Below the pieces are notes generated by a model. That model ran no database searches, had not been told where the DNA came from, and saw only the letters and a program-made list of their open reading frames with translations. Positions 13,241-27,165 of a stretch of 64,000 nt of DNA are shown here, one piece after another (within the stretch, counting starts at the first letter, position 1; every line of letters starts with the position of its first letter). Both the position numbers and the translations under genes were made by a program. The stretch covers positions 20,214,001 to 20,278,000 of the forward strand of contig CM052832.1 of NCBI GenBank assembly GCA_028534125.1. Reading direction: 5' to 3'. Origin of the DNA: Lama glama (taxonomy: Eukaryota).

Positions 13241-15240
13241 ACTAACTTCAAAAAAGTGAAATTTTATCAAAGATGGCAAGAGCAAGATCTCTTCATGGAA
13301 CACTCCCTGTGACTTCGCAGCGTACTAGCAAGCACTCTTTTTCCTTCTACACTCTTTGAAGATAGGAGCCTAAATTTTTGCAAATACATTTCTTCCAACC
13401 AAAGTCCCATAATCTTTAAAATTAGACTTCTCCTGACCTCATAGTAATAGACCGTGAAGGAGTTGAAAAAAATATCTTCTCTTAATAGGTTTTAAGGATC
13501 TGAAATGGAGAATGGGAATAAAGGTTGTGATAATCATACCATTTAAAAATTTTTAATTCTGTGCAATCTAATGATATCTAAAATTACTAGTTTCTACTAG
13601 AGTTGCATGTGTTTGCCTGGCAGTACAGTACAGACATGCACGTGAAACAGAGGGAATAGATTGTGACCCCAAAATACAACAGCAACAATGACCCTATCAA
13701 TTTGGGTTATTTTAACGTTGAAGTCATGGCTGGTCAATATTCAACTTGCTAAAATCCTTTCAGAATCCATATCCTATTTCCAGATCGTGTTCTAGCCACC
13801 TGTGGGGTCACTGGAGGATTACTGGTAACACAAGTAATCCAGCCGTGGTGTCTAGCGCATCACGGACCTTTAGCTATCGTGAGTGTTAGAGAGACCAGCA
13901 CCTGGGAATGAAACACCATGCAGATGGGCTTTTTGAAAATCCATCACGTTCTGGCTTTTTCAATCTTCAAAACAGATGAAGTGCTTGGGCGGGGGGGGTA
14001 CTCCTGCTGCAAGATAATGGAGCCTGACTGCAGGGGTACAGTTTTCCATGACTCCCTGTGTGAAACACAGCATCTTATCAGAAGGGCACATTTATGAAAA
14101 TGAACCACCGTGGATTCTATAGCTGACACTCTTCAGTACTGTGCAGTGTAATGATTTTGTTTATTTAAATAACATCTCTAACTAATGCACTAATTTCCAA
14201 CTGAAGGGATATGGCAGTCTTATCACCCTCTGAGTTTCTCAATAAGAAGGGGTGCTTTGAGCATCGCTGAGACTTCACTGAAAATTAAATATTCACAACT
14301 GTTAATTAAAAGTGGATTTAAGGAGTGAGTGGGTTATGGATCTATCTGCTTGAGTACAGCCATGTAGGTGAGGACAGTTGCATTTTCAAGCACAGAAGAA
14401 ATACACCATTTCCGGTAATTTAATGGAAGGCTGGATGGCAACCAAAGGGTAGGAAAGGTTTGATAGTCTTAATGGCTATGATCATGACTCACTAATCCAG
14501 CGGTCGTTTATAGGGTGCTTACTATATGCAAGGTACTGACTTAACCTCCCAGGAAATAATAAGAACAATCCATGATTTCTAATATCTCCATAAAAACTTG
14601 TGTGACTTCACTGAAGTCTAAGTGCTAGATACTTAAAAGATAAAAATGCCAGGCTAGCCTCATCAAGATAATAGCTCCAGTCCAACATTTGAACATTTTC
14701 ACTTTAATCTTTAATAGTTAAAATATCACTGAACTGGAGAGGGAATGGGAGCAACATCCCTGTAATTAAAGGAAAAATAATGTGGCAAAATGTCATTGGG
14801 TTAAAACAAAACCAAACTTCTGAAATTTTTGCCATTTTTAAGTTTTTAAAGCAAGCTATAACCCATTAATAATGGCGTTTAATTAGAACAAACATAAACA
14901 TGTCAGTAGAATTTGTTTAATGAGGAAATCCTTGAAGACTGCTATTAGAATGTGCCTGATATATTTAATTTACAGTATGATAGAGGGCATCTTTACATCT
15001 TTTTAATGATAATAAATAAAACAATTGGAAATAAAGCTCACAGCGAGAGTAAATAGGTATATTCATGTCATTCTGTGGAAAACAAACACCGGTTTTGTAC
15101 ATGTTGTTCTACATTAGTTGCTATTAACTCATAATTGTCACCAGAAAATGATCAGATTTTAGCTGGCATGACTAATAAGGGAAAAGATCCAAAAATATGT
15201 ATTTATTTATTTATTGCTTTCAAAACAAATACGATGTTGT

Positions 15241-15254
15241 AGTAGTAGTAGTAC

Positions 15255-15336
<82 letters not shown>
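15241..15336. repeat. Compound trinucleotide microsatellite (AGT)4 ACT (AGT)10 (AAT)17
   Basis: Read directly; produces the poly-S/poly-N in ORF 15214..15510. Confidence 0.97.
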
Positions 15337-16027
15337 TGGGAGAGACTTCATTTGTTTGTGATGAAAACAAACCGTAGTCGGTGTTCTATTTATGTGGAGT
15401 TCCGGAGGGACCTACTGTTTGTGGATTTGTTAGCTACAGGAGCAGAACAGGGATACAGCTGGGTTGCTTTTATTGGTTCAAACTCTGGCTTTTTACTGTG
15501 TTTCTTGTGACTGGATGTGATCGGGGGAGCTCTGAGAACAGTACCCTGGCTAACACTGGGTGCCTAATAATGCTTGTTGAAGTCAAAATATATATGCAGA
15601 GAATGCTAGATTTACCGCAGACTAAAAATGTCAACTAGAACCAGCTAGTTTCTGGGAAGAGCCAGAGAAAAATGTTATATTCATGCAAAGCAGTAGGCCA
15701 CATATCAGAATGCCATTTATGGAAATGAATAATTAAATCTTTAATTACACTACACAGTGAAAAAAATAAGTAACTAGATTCACAGCATAACATTATTTCC
15801 ATATCTATGAATGGTACACAGCAGGGAAAACCAAAATGTCTATATCACTTTGATTTCATAAAGTTATTCCCTTCATTGCCATCAAACCTCTTGAAATGCT
15901 ATTTGGAGGTATGAAAGTGTTGCCCCCAAAGCATATTCTTTCAACAAAAACAGAGCAGTTTGAGTTCAAGGATTGTTTTAGAAATCTTTAAGTGAGCATA
16001 AACAGAAGTTGGGAATGAGCTAAATAA

Positions 16028-16033
<6 letters not shown>

Positions 16034-16063
<30 letters not shown>
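16034..16063. repeat. (AC)15 microsatellite followed by a T run
   Basis: Read directly. Confidence 0.95.
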
Positions 16064-16065
<2 letters not shown>

Positions 16066-17497
16066 TTTTTTTTATAGTATTTAACATAGTAAATAGACAG
16101 ATGTTTTCCCTTCATGAGAGGTGGTTTGCACCATCCTTAAGAAATAAGCCACTATCTTGACTTATGGTTTCACATTCAAGTCAATGATAATGTATCACTT
16201 GAGATTACAACTCAGAACTCAGTAAATGATTTCATCCTCTCCTTGAAAGACTTAATTTACACCCAAGAAGGAAATACTTTTGCAGATTAATCCACTGGTC
16301 CAGTCCTTAGTGTAGCAGATCGTAGGGAAAGAAATCGCCAAAGAACCAAGGATACAAAGGCATTTGCTCCAGAGCCTACAGTTTAATTCTAATTTAAAAA
16401 GAAAAGTAAACTAAAATTCTTAAACATTAAAAAGGTTAAGAAAATATTTAGTAGGAAAGCATTGTTATGCAAGCATTTTTAGAAGAAAGGTGAATGCTGT
16501 CTGAGATTTGGCTGGGTACCATCAACTCAAGGATTTACAAAATGTCTGATCAAGACTTATTTTTTTGAGTATATTAATGTCGGAAGCAGTTACGTCCAAT
16601 TTTTAAAGGAAGAATTTGAAAATATATAACAGGTATTTTTTTCAATTAAAAATTGTTCACAAGGTGTTCTTTCTTTGACTGAAATAATGATCTTTTTTAG
16701 ATATAAAAGCTGAAGAATGTTGGCTGGTTTTTAACCTTTGTTCTCCAAGTGAAAAATGCATCCAGCTTTATTTAGATGTTTGTATGTTCCAGTAAAATGT
16801 ATTTGAATCCTCTTTAACAAGCCAAAGCTTAGGCATTAAATGGAAGCCTATTTGTGAGATGACAAAATGGGAATTTTTTTTTTTTACATAAGGGCAGCAT
16901 CATTTGGACCTTGAAAAAATATGAAAAAGTAAATTGCCTTCAATGTCTATCTCAGAATTAAATTGCTTTTCATAAAGCACTTAAAAATGTTTACACTTGA
17001 TAAAAATACTCCAGATTAAAACTACATGTAAATTCTATGAACTCACTGACAAAATAGTTACTCACATTAATGTTTCCAGGAATGCAATTAATCTTATCTT
17101 CCCCCAAATCTTTATATCAAGCTCAAAGTAATAGTACCCAGCAAAATAGGGAAACTCATTCCTACTATCTACTTAAATGTAGTGAGGTTAGCAGGGGAAG
17201 GGATTCCATACATTTTGTGGGATGTTTTTGTTCCTCAAGCAAGTATCTACTTTTTAAAATTTTGAGTATGATTCCAGTTGCATTTTAAAAATAAAATAAA
17301 CCAAGGAAAAGAGAGAAAGGTTTCTTAGATCTTAGATTCTGTAGGATTTTCCATTCTCAATTTTTTTTTTACTTTCTGCTAAAAAATAGAAATTTTAGTT
17401 TTGAATTTGTGAAAAATAGAAGAGAGAAATTAGACAAGCTCATTTACATTTTCTTTTTACATAGCATTAATTTGATATTGTCAATTTTTATTAAAAT

Positions 17498-17730
17498 AGT
17501 ATGGTATAGAGTATATTGACTTTGGAAAGAGATAGGAGTTCATTTCCCAGTCTCGGCACTTTTTATAGCCAGCTATATGATCATAGACAACTTACAGGGA
17601 AAACAGCATCAATTTTTTCACTTTGCAATAGAGATAATAATACTATGATTGTAGGTGTGTTATGTTGATAAAGTTGAATAATATACTTAAGGCAACAAAT
17701 ACATATCAGGTGGTCAGGAAAAATAATTAG
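17498..17730 (+). mobile_element. MIR SINE
   Basis: 'gactttggaaagagatagga...cccagtctcggcact...gagataataatacta' resembles the MIR core. Confidence 0.6.
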
Positions 17731-19860
17731 AATTTTCTGGTCCTTAAACAAGCTTCACTCTGTATTTCCAACCAAATCATAAAATTTAGAACGCAATAAA
17801 TACAATAGAATAAACTAATATACACTACATATAAAGTGCAGATGAAGTAATAGTTTCGATGGTGGATGTTCAGTTTGTTGATGATGATTCTTGGATGTCA
17901 TTTATTACAGTTAGAAATGGACAGTTAGAATAGAAAAAGATCCTTTTATTCATCTGCATACTGTTTTTTTTGCATTCCAATAGGCAGATATCCAAGAGGA
18001 AGTTTTAAGGGGGCACCAGACAGACTAAAAAGATTAAACCTAGTCAGCATTTTATATTTAAAATTCTAATTTATTTTAAAATTTAAAGATTTAAAAAATC
18101 TAAATAACAAAAGGGTATGTAAATCATATTTGTACAGTTTGTAAGATAATAAGGATACTTCCAGTCTGGACAGGATATGTAGACTCATTTTTTCTTGCTG
18201 CTCTTCACTAAGAATGATGATAAAACCTGGAAATGGCACAAGAGTCAATCAAAGGGGATTTATAAAAAGTAGTAAAAAGATTTGGAACACCACCCTTGGA
18301 TGAAACTGGTTTTGGTGCTCTGCTAACCTCTTTGTGGTCCCACATTTACTCACCCCCTCACTTGGGTATTTCTTAATCACTTGCCGTGTCACCAACACTT
18401 TTAAGATAACGCTTTACATGTTTTTTGAGTATTTTTAGCTACTTTCGGTAGAAGATTGCTACTTAGACACTAACCTGTTACTGGATATGGAAATCCTTTT
18501 CTTTTCACAAATAAAACATTTTCATTGTCTTGGATCTTGATGGGATTTTATTCTTTAGACTTTATTAAATGAAAAAGACCATACTAGAGTTAGCTAATAG
18601 AAACTGAAAAGAGAGAATGTGTGTGTATGTATATATATGTTTTCTATATGGCTGGTACCTCAGACTGGATTAGGAGTGTTTATTGCTGATTTTTGCTGTT
18701 GATGGACTTAGTTGTGTCCAATCGTGTGCAAAAGTGAGTGAAAGATTTCAGTGTAATTCTAATGGTGTATTAGGGATAATATGGGTAAATTGTAACAGTT
18801 AAAAATCACTTCCCTTAATTCTACCTGTTATATCTAACCAATCTCCAACGCCTGTGTATTCTATTCCAGATTATATCTCAGTACTTATTTCCATCACAGC
18901 TCATATTTGTATTCCAAGTACCAATCACCTCTCCCCTAAATAATATAACATCCTACTGAATTTTTTCATATGCTCTAATTAATTTGATTTTCTGTATAGC
19001 AAGTCAAAGGCTTTTAATGTTATAAATTGGTATTTCGAGTTAAATATTTTTAAATGGTGTTTCTAATGCACTATTCTCCCCATAACTAATAAAAAAAACA
19101 ATAACAGAAAAAGAGAGAAAAATGAAATTTGGAAGCCGCAGAAATTCAAAAGACATGACAGAAAACAATATTAGTAGTATAGAAAGCAGCATGAATGAAA
19201 TTAATTTTTAAGTGGAAAATGACAGCTATACAAGTTATCTAGCACACACATAATTCTTCTTTCAGAATAAATGGAATTGCATTATATTCCCTACCATAAT
19301 AGAAGCAGTCAGCTTTTCAAAAGTAAATAATACCTGAGTCTACAATTTGGAACATTACACTATGTACTAGGAAAAACTGATGCAAGGCAATTACTATGAG
19401 GTCATGTTCTTAAAGTAGCTGGATTTAAGATAAAAGAAATATTTTCTTGGTTATCCAGGCATTAAAAAAAAATGATATGGAGAAGCAGAATCAATAGCCT
19501 GGCACTCAGCCTTCTCCATAGGAATAGTAAATGATAGAGGAAAGAGAAAATCTGTAGATACAAAGTTTCTTTTTTTCCCCTAGAAATACTATCATTTTCA
19601 TTATTTTTGTTTTTAATCCATAAGTCACTTACGTATTGCTGGTATGGTTGGCTATCTTTTGTTGGTTGATTTTTAATGTTATTGCCATGTGAATAATATA
19701 TTATTGTACTATGAACACAAAATTTACTTCATAACACCACACTATGAGAGTGCTGTAATATTACCAAATTAGCGTATTATGAACAATGCTAAGAATCAGG
19801 AGGTGCAGAGGTGAGAGGTTATATAGTTATATATGGTTTTTCTGTTACAGATAGTTATAA

Positions 19861-20098
19861 TTTTATTTTTCAGCCTTATTGAAGTATAATCGACAAAAAA
19901 TCATAAGATATTTAAAGTGTATAACGTGATGATTTGACGTATATACACTCTGTGAAAGGATTTCCCCCGAAGTTAATTAACACATCTATCTTCTCATGTT
20001 TATTATCTTTGTGTGCCTGTGTATGCGAGAACATCTAAGTTCTATTCTGTTAGCAAATTTCAGTTAATACAATACAGTGTCTATTAGCATCATCATGT
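19861..20098 (-). mobile_element. L1MA-type 3'UTR fragment
   Basis: 'ttattgaagtataatcgacaaa...tatttaaagtgtataacgtgatgatttga...gttaattaacacatctatc...ttagcaaatttca'. Confidence 0.8.
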
Positions 20099-20129
20099 TC
20101 TGAATATATTTTAGTATATTTTCTATAAA

Positions 20130-22500
20130 GTTTTAGTTTTCTGTGAATTCTTTAGTTATATTTTGGATCCAATTTCTATTGAACTGTTTGGTTTTCTATT
20201 TGTAAAAACTCATTCTTTATAAATATTAACTCTTTGTATGTCATTAGAAATTAGACTGGTTTTACAGATCAGTCATCGTCTATTGACTATATATATTTTC
20301 CATATAAAATTTTTTGTATAAAATTGACTATATTTATGATACCTTCCAATATTCCAGAACTGATTTTAATGATCACCCAACCACTAATTTCTAGGTATAT
20401 ATAGTCTTCTTATTTATGAAGTTTTTATGGTTTTTCTGTTTGTCCATTTGTTTTTTTCATTTAAGGATTTGGTCCATCTGGAATTTATTTTTGTATGTCG
20501 GGTAAGATGAAGTTCCATTTTTATTCCTTTCCAGATGGTTGGCCAGTTGTGCCTGTGTTGTTTAAAAATTTATCTTTTTCCCACTGAATTAACCACTGCT
20601 TTGTCCTGTTTTAAAGCCCTACAAACTGAAATTTTCTATTTCTGTTTCACTAATCTATTTTTCTTTTCCTACACTGATACTGTCTTTATTTCATTAAAGT
20701 GACATTATAGCATGTGATATCTAATAAGGCTATTTTTCTCTCCTCCATATAGAAATAAACTGTATATTTTACAATGTAACATTAAGCCTTCCCATCCAAG
20801 AAAATGTGATATGATAAACTCTGAAGTTATTTAGTAAGATTTAATTTTTTTCTTCCTCTAGTTATTATAGTGTTTTTATTAAATTTCATTCTTTGGCATT
20901 TTGTTGTTTTTGATATGATTTTATTTTTCTTAATTTAATTTAATTTAATTTAATTTATTTTTCCGCAGGGGGAGGTAATTAGGTTTATTTAATTTTGGAG
21001 GCGATACTGGGGATTGAACCCAGGGCCTTGTATATGCTAAGCATGTGATCTACCACTTGAGCTATACTTTCCCCTGATATTATTTTAAATTGAATAGTTT
21101 TTGCCACTTACATCTGTGCTAGCTATTGTCTAGGTTAGGAAAAAAGCCATTGATGAAGGTGTCCAGATAATCATATTAATTATAAAAATTTTAAACAAAA
21201 ATCTCTTGCTTTTCTCCATCTTCAGTTATATCCCCAGCAAAGTAACTTTGTTTACCAGATGCTTATGTTGTTGATTTCATTGTCTCACTTCATTGCTCAT
21301 ATTTATGATGAGATCAGGTGCGTTCTGGGTAGTATGGCCATAGACTTTATTGCTTATGTTTAAAATTTGAAGAACAACTAATTATAGTGATAGTGAAGAT
21401 CTTTTTCTAGTCCTTTATCTTCAATAAAATGTTTTCAATTTTCACAATTTGTGTTAAGCTTTACTATTTTTGTAAATAGCCTTTGTTACACTTAAGTACT
21501 TTCCTTTGATTCTCAATTTTTTAGAATTTTAAATTGAATTGACTGCTGAATTTTAATAAAATAATTTTTAGCATCTGTTAATAGTAATCAAACTTTTTCC
21601 CCTTCATCAGCTTATAATAAATTATGTTGATAGATGTCCTGATATAAAGGCCCTGTAAGTTCTTTAAATGCGAACTAGAAATAGTGAAATACTCTCTTCA
21701 TGCACTGCTGAATTCTATTATTACGTGATTTAGAATTTTTACCTCTTTATTCATTGAGATTTGTCTGTAATAATAGTCTTTATATCAGGTAGTAGTATCA
21801 AAATAATGCTAATTTCACAAAAGAAATGAGTGAATTTCATTATTTTCTATAGCCTTGCATAATCTAAACAATATCAAACTTACTTAACTGTTCTTCAAAG
21901 ATTACATAATGTTTGGCTGCAAGCCCTTGTTCAGGTCCATTTTTCAGTGGTGATGCTTCAGCTTTCAATCTCTTCTCTGGTAATTGGCTCTGTTCAGTTT
22001 TCTACTCTGTCATTTTTGGCAAATTGTTCAAATAGCATTCTCTTTTTTGTCTAGCTTTTCTTTCTTTGTGGTTTTGTCTCTTTTCTCATACTTAATATTA
22101 TCCATTTTGGCTATCCAGTTTTATTCTTTAAGCAGACTTCTAAAGGGTTTACCTATTTTACTGCTCCCTGCCCAGAGAATGGATATAGTTATTTATCCTT
22201 TGAATGTTTTTTATTTTTTTCTATTTCATCAGTTTACATTTATCTCTACTAATTCCTACATCTTGCATTTTTATTTTCTAACTTCTTAAATGGATATTTA
22301 ATTCCTTCTCTTCTTTAACATCAAAGACATTTAAGGCTGTTCATTTCCCTCTGGGAAAAGAGAACTATTACAAAGATATTATTTTGCTGTGTCACAGATA
22401 TTCTTCTGAAATGTTCTTTTTCTTGCTTTCTAGACAGTTTTCATTTCAGTTTAGATTTTTTTCTTAAACTCAAGATTTTAAAATTATTTATATACCTTAA
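20130..22500 (-). mobile_element. Very old L1 (L1ME-like) ORF2 remnant
   Basis: T-rich antisense L1 signature: 'ccatctggaatttattttgtatg', 'cttcccatccaagaaaatg', 'ctgctgaattctatt', 'catttaaggctgttcatttccctctg'; further L1-like sequence to about 23640. Confidence 0.7.
20924..21074 (-). mobile_element. Camelid tRNA-Ala-derived SINE (Vic-1-like) with TSD
   Basis: Antisense head with A box (TAGCTCAAGTGG) and B box (GGTTCAATCC), 'cctaattacctcccc' body and (TTTAA)n tail; TSD TGATAT(G/T)ATTTTA at 20911-20923 and 21075-21087. Confidence 0.9.
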
Positions 22501-23709
22501 AAACCAGTAAATTTGATTTCATTCCTTCTATTTTATTTTTCCTTCATTATACATTGTTAATTGTCTTTTTTTCCTTATTTTGTTACTCAGTTAATCAAGT
22601 TACTATTTGTTTCATGTTTGTCTTGTTAACTGGGATTCTAATGAAATTTTCCAATCAAGATAGTTGCTGTTCTTATAATTAGACACTTATGAATATACAA
22701 TTCATTGAAATTAAGGTAGTTACTATTTTTCCCACCAAGCTGCACTTACGTCTCCACAGAGAAACCAGGGCCAGTATCTCTTTTCTATTTCAAAAGTCCT
22801 TCTTAAAAACTTCCAGGAATTATAAATATAACCCTTTATATTGCAAGGGAAGTATTCAAAATGTGACGACCTGTATGGCATGGAAACCAGTCCAATTAGT
22901 TGGGACACCAAACTTTCAGAGAAGATGTCATTGTAAACTGCAAGTCTGGTTATGCAGTTATCTATTCAGTGTAGCCCTGCAGATTGCTGTACAGATGTAT
23001 ATTTCTGTACCCACCTATATCTAGCTTGTGAGCTAGGTAATTAGTTATGTAGCCTACGTAACAGTTTTTCATACTATATTTTCCTCGTTATTACAATTTT
23101 CGTGTTTCTTTTCTGATTCATGCTGTCACTGATGTAAATGAGAAGACTCTCAGAATTCCTACACAACCTCAGTTACCTTTCATTTTCACTGGTGAATAAG
23201 GTCTTGGCTGGTTCAGGACTCAAGACGGCAGCCCTTTATGCTTTCCCTGCTCTATATTGCTATCTCATTCTTCTGTAGTTGCCAGTATTCGAGATAAAAA
23301 GCCTGACGATGGTCTGAAATTTTGTTTTCTTTTGGGGTTATTTTATTATCTCTACTTGGAAAATAAATGGTTAGTGGTTTTTTTTTTTTTAAGCAGTTCT
23401 TAGAGTCAGAAATTTTATCAGAATTTTCCAAGGTATGTCTTTTTTTCATAATTGTAGTCTGGTGCAAAATCAGAACTTTTTTTATTCAAGGAAATTTTAT
23501 TTTCATATTTATTTCAGTGATACCTCTCTTCCATAATTGTTGAGTTTTTTCCTTTTGGAACTTCTGCTTTTTAAAATTTCCTATTCTCCAGTTTTCATCT
23601 CACTGCATTTTTGTCTTATGCTTTAAGATGGTTGAGCATTGGACCTTCCAGGCCTCCAATAAATAATAACCAATCTCAACTTAGAGTTATTTAATAAATT
23701 ACTATGGTT

Positions 23710-24050
23710 GTGGCATTGCTATTGGCCACTATTCATTCCCCATTCTTTGTAAGAGGAAAATACGTTCCTGCCCCATAGAATTCAGGTCTGGCTGTGTGAC
23801 ATGTTTGCCTAACAAAACATGAGTTCATGTAGCCAAAGGTATGTTTGAGCCTAGACCATGAGGGAATGGGCTCACCCCTTACCAGGAGAAGGGCATTTTC
23901 CAGATCAGGACTGCTCCTTCTGCCTGGGGTACAAGATGAAAAGACAGGATGAGCGCAGCTCCTTAGCAGAGATCACCACATATTATGAGCCAGAAATAAA
24001 TCTTTATAACTTGTAAGTCACAGAGATTTTCAGATTTGCAAACACGGATC
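23710..24050 (+). mobile_element. MaLR solo LTR, old MLT1 (H/I/J-like)
   Basis: 'ggctgtgtgacatgtttgcctaacaaaacatgag', 'tgagccagaaataaatcttt...taagtcacagagattt'. Confidence 0.7.
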
Positions 24051-24530
24051 CTGGTGGATACCTTCCTCTAGCATCTCAAATTCCCGTACCACTTACACAT
24101 ACACCTACATTATGGAAATACCTGCTTCTGCAGGTCCAGCTGTAATCAGAGAGAGATCTTCAGAGGTTGTTAGAGACCCTCAGGAGCTCCAGTTCATCCC
24201 TGTGGATTCCAGCTTGTCCTCACAAGGTGAACCAAGGTGTAAGTGACACAGTGCCCTGAAGCACCCTGGCTATGGTTCATTTCTGGCTTCCAAGTCTCAC
24301 ACAGAATGTCTCATAGTTTCAGCTCAGCTAAAAGTGGACAAAAATAAAATGTCAAATTAGTGTTTGATAAGTGAATGTACAAATGAACAATGAAATTTAA
24401 AAAATATTTTTCTTGATTTATTCAAATAGATAACCTTTCAGTTGCCTATCAAATGCAGATTGTGTTATTCTGAAGAAGAGTTTTTTTTTAATGTCTTTCT
24501 TCCAAATAACATTCTTTTTTTGGTTGTAAT

Positions 24531-24695
24531 TATTTTATTTTACTTATTTTATTTTTTTATTGAAGTGTAGCTGATTTACAATATTAGTTCCAGGTGTACA
24601 GCAAAGCGATTCAGTTATATGTATACATATAACATAAACTTTTTTTCAGATTCTTTCCCACTATATGTTATTACAAGTGAATTGAATTCCCTGCA
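24531..24695 (-). mobile_element. L1 3' terminal fragment (cetartiodactyl type)
   Basis: T-rich tail then 'ttattgaagtgtagctgatttacaatattagttccaggtgtacagcaaagcgattcagttata'. Confidence 0.85.
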
Positions 24696-25376
24696 GTGAA
24701 TTTCAAGATATCTAAATTATCGGGGCTCTTATTTTCCCTAGAGAAATTAATACTTCTTTTGTTGGAAAATTCGTATGTTCCCATTTTGTTTGTTTATTCG
24801 TTAGCATCAAGTCTCTCACTCTATTCCTTCCCGTAAAACATCATCTCAGCCCGTCCAGTAGAACTTGTGTTTACATCGGCCTCAGCCCATTTATCTGTGT
24901 CATGGAAGCTGCGCTGCCCTGATTAACCAAGCATCACTTTCTCGATGTTTTGATTATTCTAAATGTCTATCTCAACATGCAAGAGTAATCAAGTAGCATT
25001 TATAGAAGGGGTTCAGGAAGAGATAAAAGATAATAAAAGCTGCATCTTGTGTAATGGAGCATGCGATGTTAACTTCTTTAGATAATGAAAACGAGGAAGC
25101 AAGGAGAGATAAAGAAAACAAAGATTAGCTGCTTTCCCTCACTGCAAACCTCAATCCTAATACATTTATTATAAGCCACTATCTATCAGGGTGAGGATAA
25201 ATATTCAAAAATTAAGAGATAACTGATAATTTTTCATTAATGTTAAATGATTTTCCAGCATTTGCTAATTTGGGTACAGAAGGTTAATTCATTAAGAGTA
25301 ATTATAAAAATGATTCACGTTGAGTTATTTGGTGCCAGAATGTAGCAGCACTGCGTGTCAGGGATTCTCTTATACT

Positions 25377-25558
25377 AGAGGTTCTCAAACTAGCATGGGA
25401 AGAATCACCAGGAAAGCTTGTTAAAGCAGCTTCCTGGGCCCCACCCCCAGAGAATCTGATTCAGCGGGTCTGGGGTGGGGCCAAGAATTTGCATTTCTCA
25501 CATGTTCCCAGATGATGCTGATCCTGCTGTTTTGAGGACTGAGCTTTCAGAAACATTG
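25377..25558. mobile_element. MER5A hAT-Charlie MITE
   Basis: 'ggttctcaaact...gaatcacc...cttgttaaa...gggccccacccccagagaatctgattcag...ggggccaagaatttgcatttct'. Confidence 0.88.
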
Positions 25559-27098
25559 TTAGAATAAAGCCACTCTCACAAATGAGGGTCTGTATCTCAT
25601 TTGTCAGGATCACTTAAAGGTATGTCTTGCAGGTACCTACAATTAACTCCACAATTAAAGTGCTTATTATCACAAGTGGCTAAACACTAAGCTATGTGTC
25701 AAATCACTGCTTAGCACAACCTTAAGTTAAAGCATCTACTGTATGTCTTGTTATCCAGCCAATATAGAGAGTCGAGCCAAGCATTTAAAACCATGTTTAA
25801 ATAGACACAGTTACTATATCTAATCAACACAGCAGCAGGGCTTGCCAAAAACCTATAAAACTAATGGATGTGCAAGAAAATTACATCACCTTCAAATCAA
25901 TGCTGGTAACACAGGTGGCATTTATAAAAAGTAAAGAAATTGACATTAACATTGCCCATCTCTGCTGCCTGGCAATGAGCACTCCAGCTTTGTTAAGGAA
26001 AGATCTTTCTTCCAAGAATTATATTTAAATACTCTAACTTAAATCATTCTAAAATATGTTAATTGATAAGATTATTTGGATCTAAATTGTAAAGGGCTGT
26101 ACTTTTCCAGCAATGGGCAAATGGTCATTAAAATCATGTTTTCTCTTCCTATTGAAAAAATTAAAGGATTAACCGTTTAACTCAGACTTGCCTTGCTTCA
26201 CCAGAGGCCCACAGAAACAGCAGTGCAGGTGCCATGAGAAAGCAGTGAGGGGTCCAGCCCGTGGCTGCACGCACAGTCTCTGCTCTTGGGCCCTGCGTTA
26301 CTTAGCAGATGGAATTAAAATTCTGATAAGTGATGTAAAAGGTTTATAAGGGAGGAAACTGTTGTGTGGTCCCATTGTCCATCTTAATCTCTTTCAGTGT
26401 GTGCTACCCAGCGTGCTGTTAAGACCAACCCACAAGGAGTCATTTTCACCTTGAAAACTCCAGATGTTCACGTGAAGCTTAGAAATAAAACTCTCCAGGA
26501 AAGGCTCTCCTGGATAATCGTGAAGAAATCAGGAGGTATGTGTTGAAAGTGTGCACACACATACACACACACACATGCATACTTACACACCACCTTCATA
26601 AAACACTTATATGAAATCAACATATTTCCTGGGAAGAGGTATTATGTGCTACAAATGTAATCAGCTACAAATCTCTTCAAGCATAGAAATAGTATACATT
26701 TCACTGACTGAGCTGCAAAAATGTTCCATCTACACGACAATATATAGACATAGACTATTTAGATCATTTGGGTTTAGAGGTATCTGTACTGTCTACAAAG
26801 AACATTTTGTTATCTCCTCTCAGAACATAATAATTACAGAGAGAAACTCAGAAGCATGAGTTGTATAAATGGAGGGACCAAAGGGGAAATGGTCCATTTG
26901 ACTTTTAGCTTTGGTATCTTACATAGTTTATTTGGTACATGAGGACTATAATCACCAAGGGAATGTGTGAGCAGTAATCATAATACAGACACTACGTATA
27001 TGATAATTCTTCAATGAGTTGTTCTAAAAAAGGAGGTTTTAAGAAAGGACATCCATAAATAAAATTAGCTACACAATTATTTTTTTAATAGCACCGTA

Positions 27099-27165
27099 GG
27101 AGATCATTCAAGATAGCAGAGTAGAAGGACATATTCATGAACATATTCAAAATACATCTACATTA
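27099..27165 (+). mobile_element. L1 extreme 5'UTR fragment (cetartiodactyl type)
   Basis: 'ttcaagatagcagagtagaaggac...aaaatacatctacat' resembles the recalled L1 start (CAAGATGGCGG YY1 motif ... AAATACATCTACAT). Confidence 0.6.

Noticed and set aside
15214..15510. ORF with poly-Ser/poly-Asn tract
   Set aside because: Artefact of the (AGT)n(AAT)n microsatellite; the start is non-ATG.
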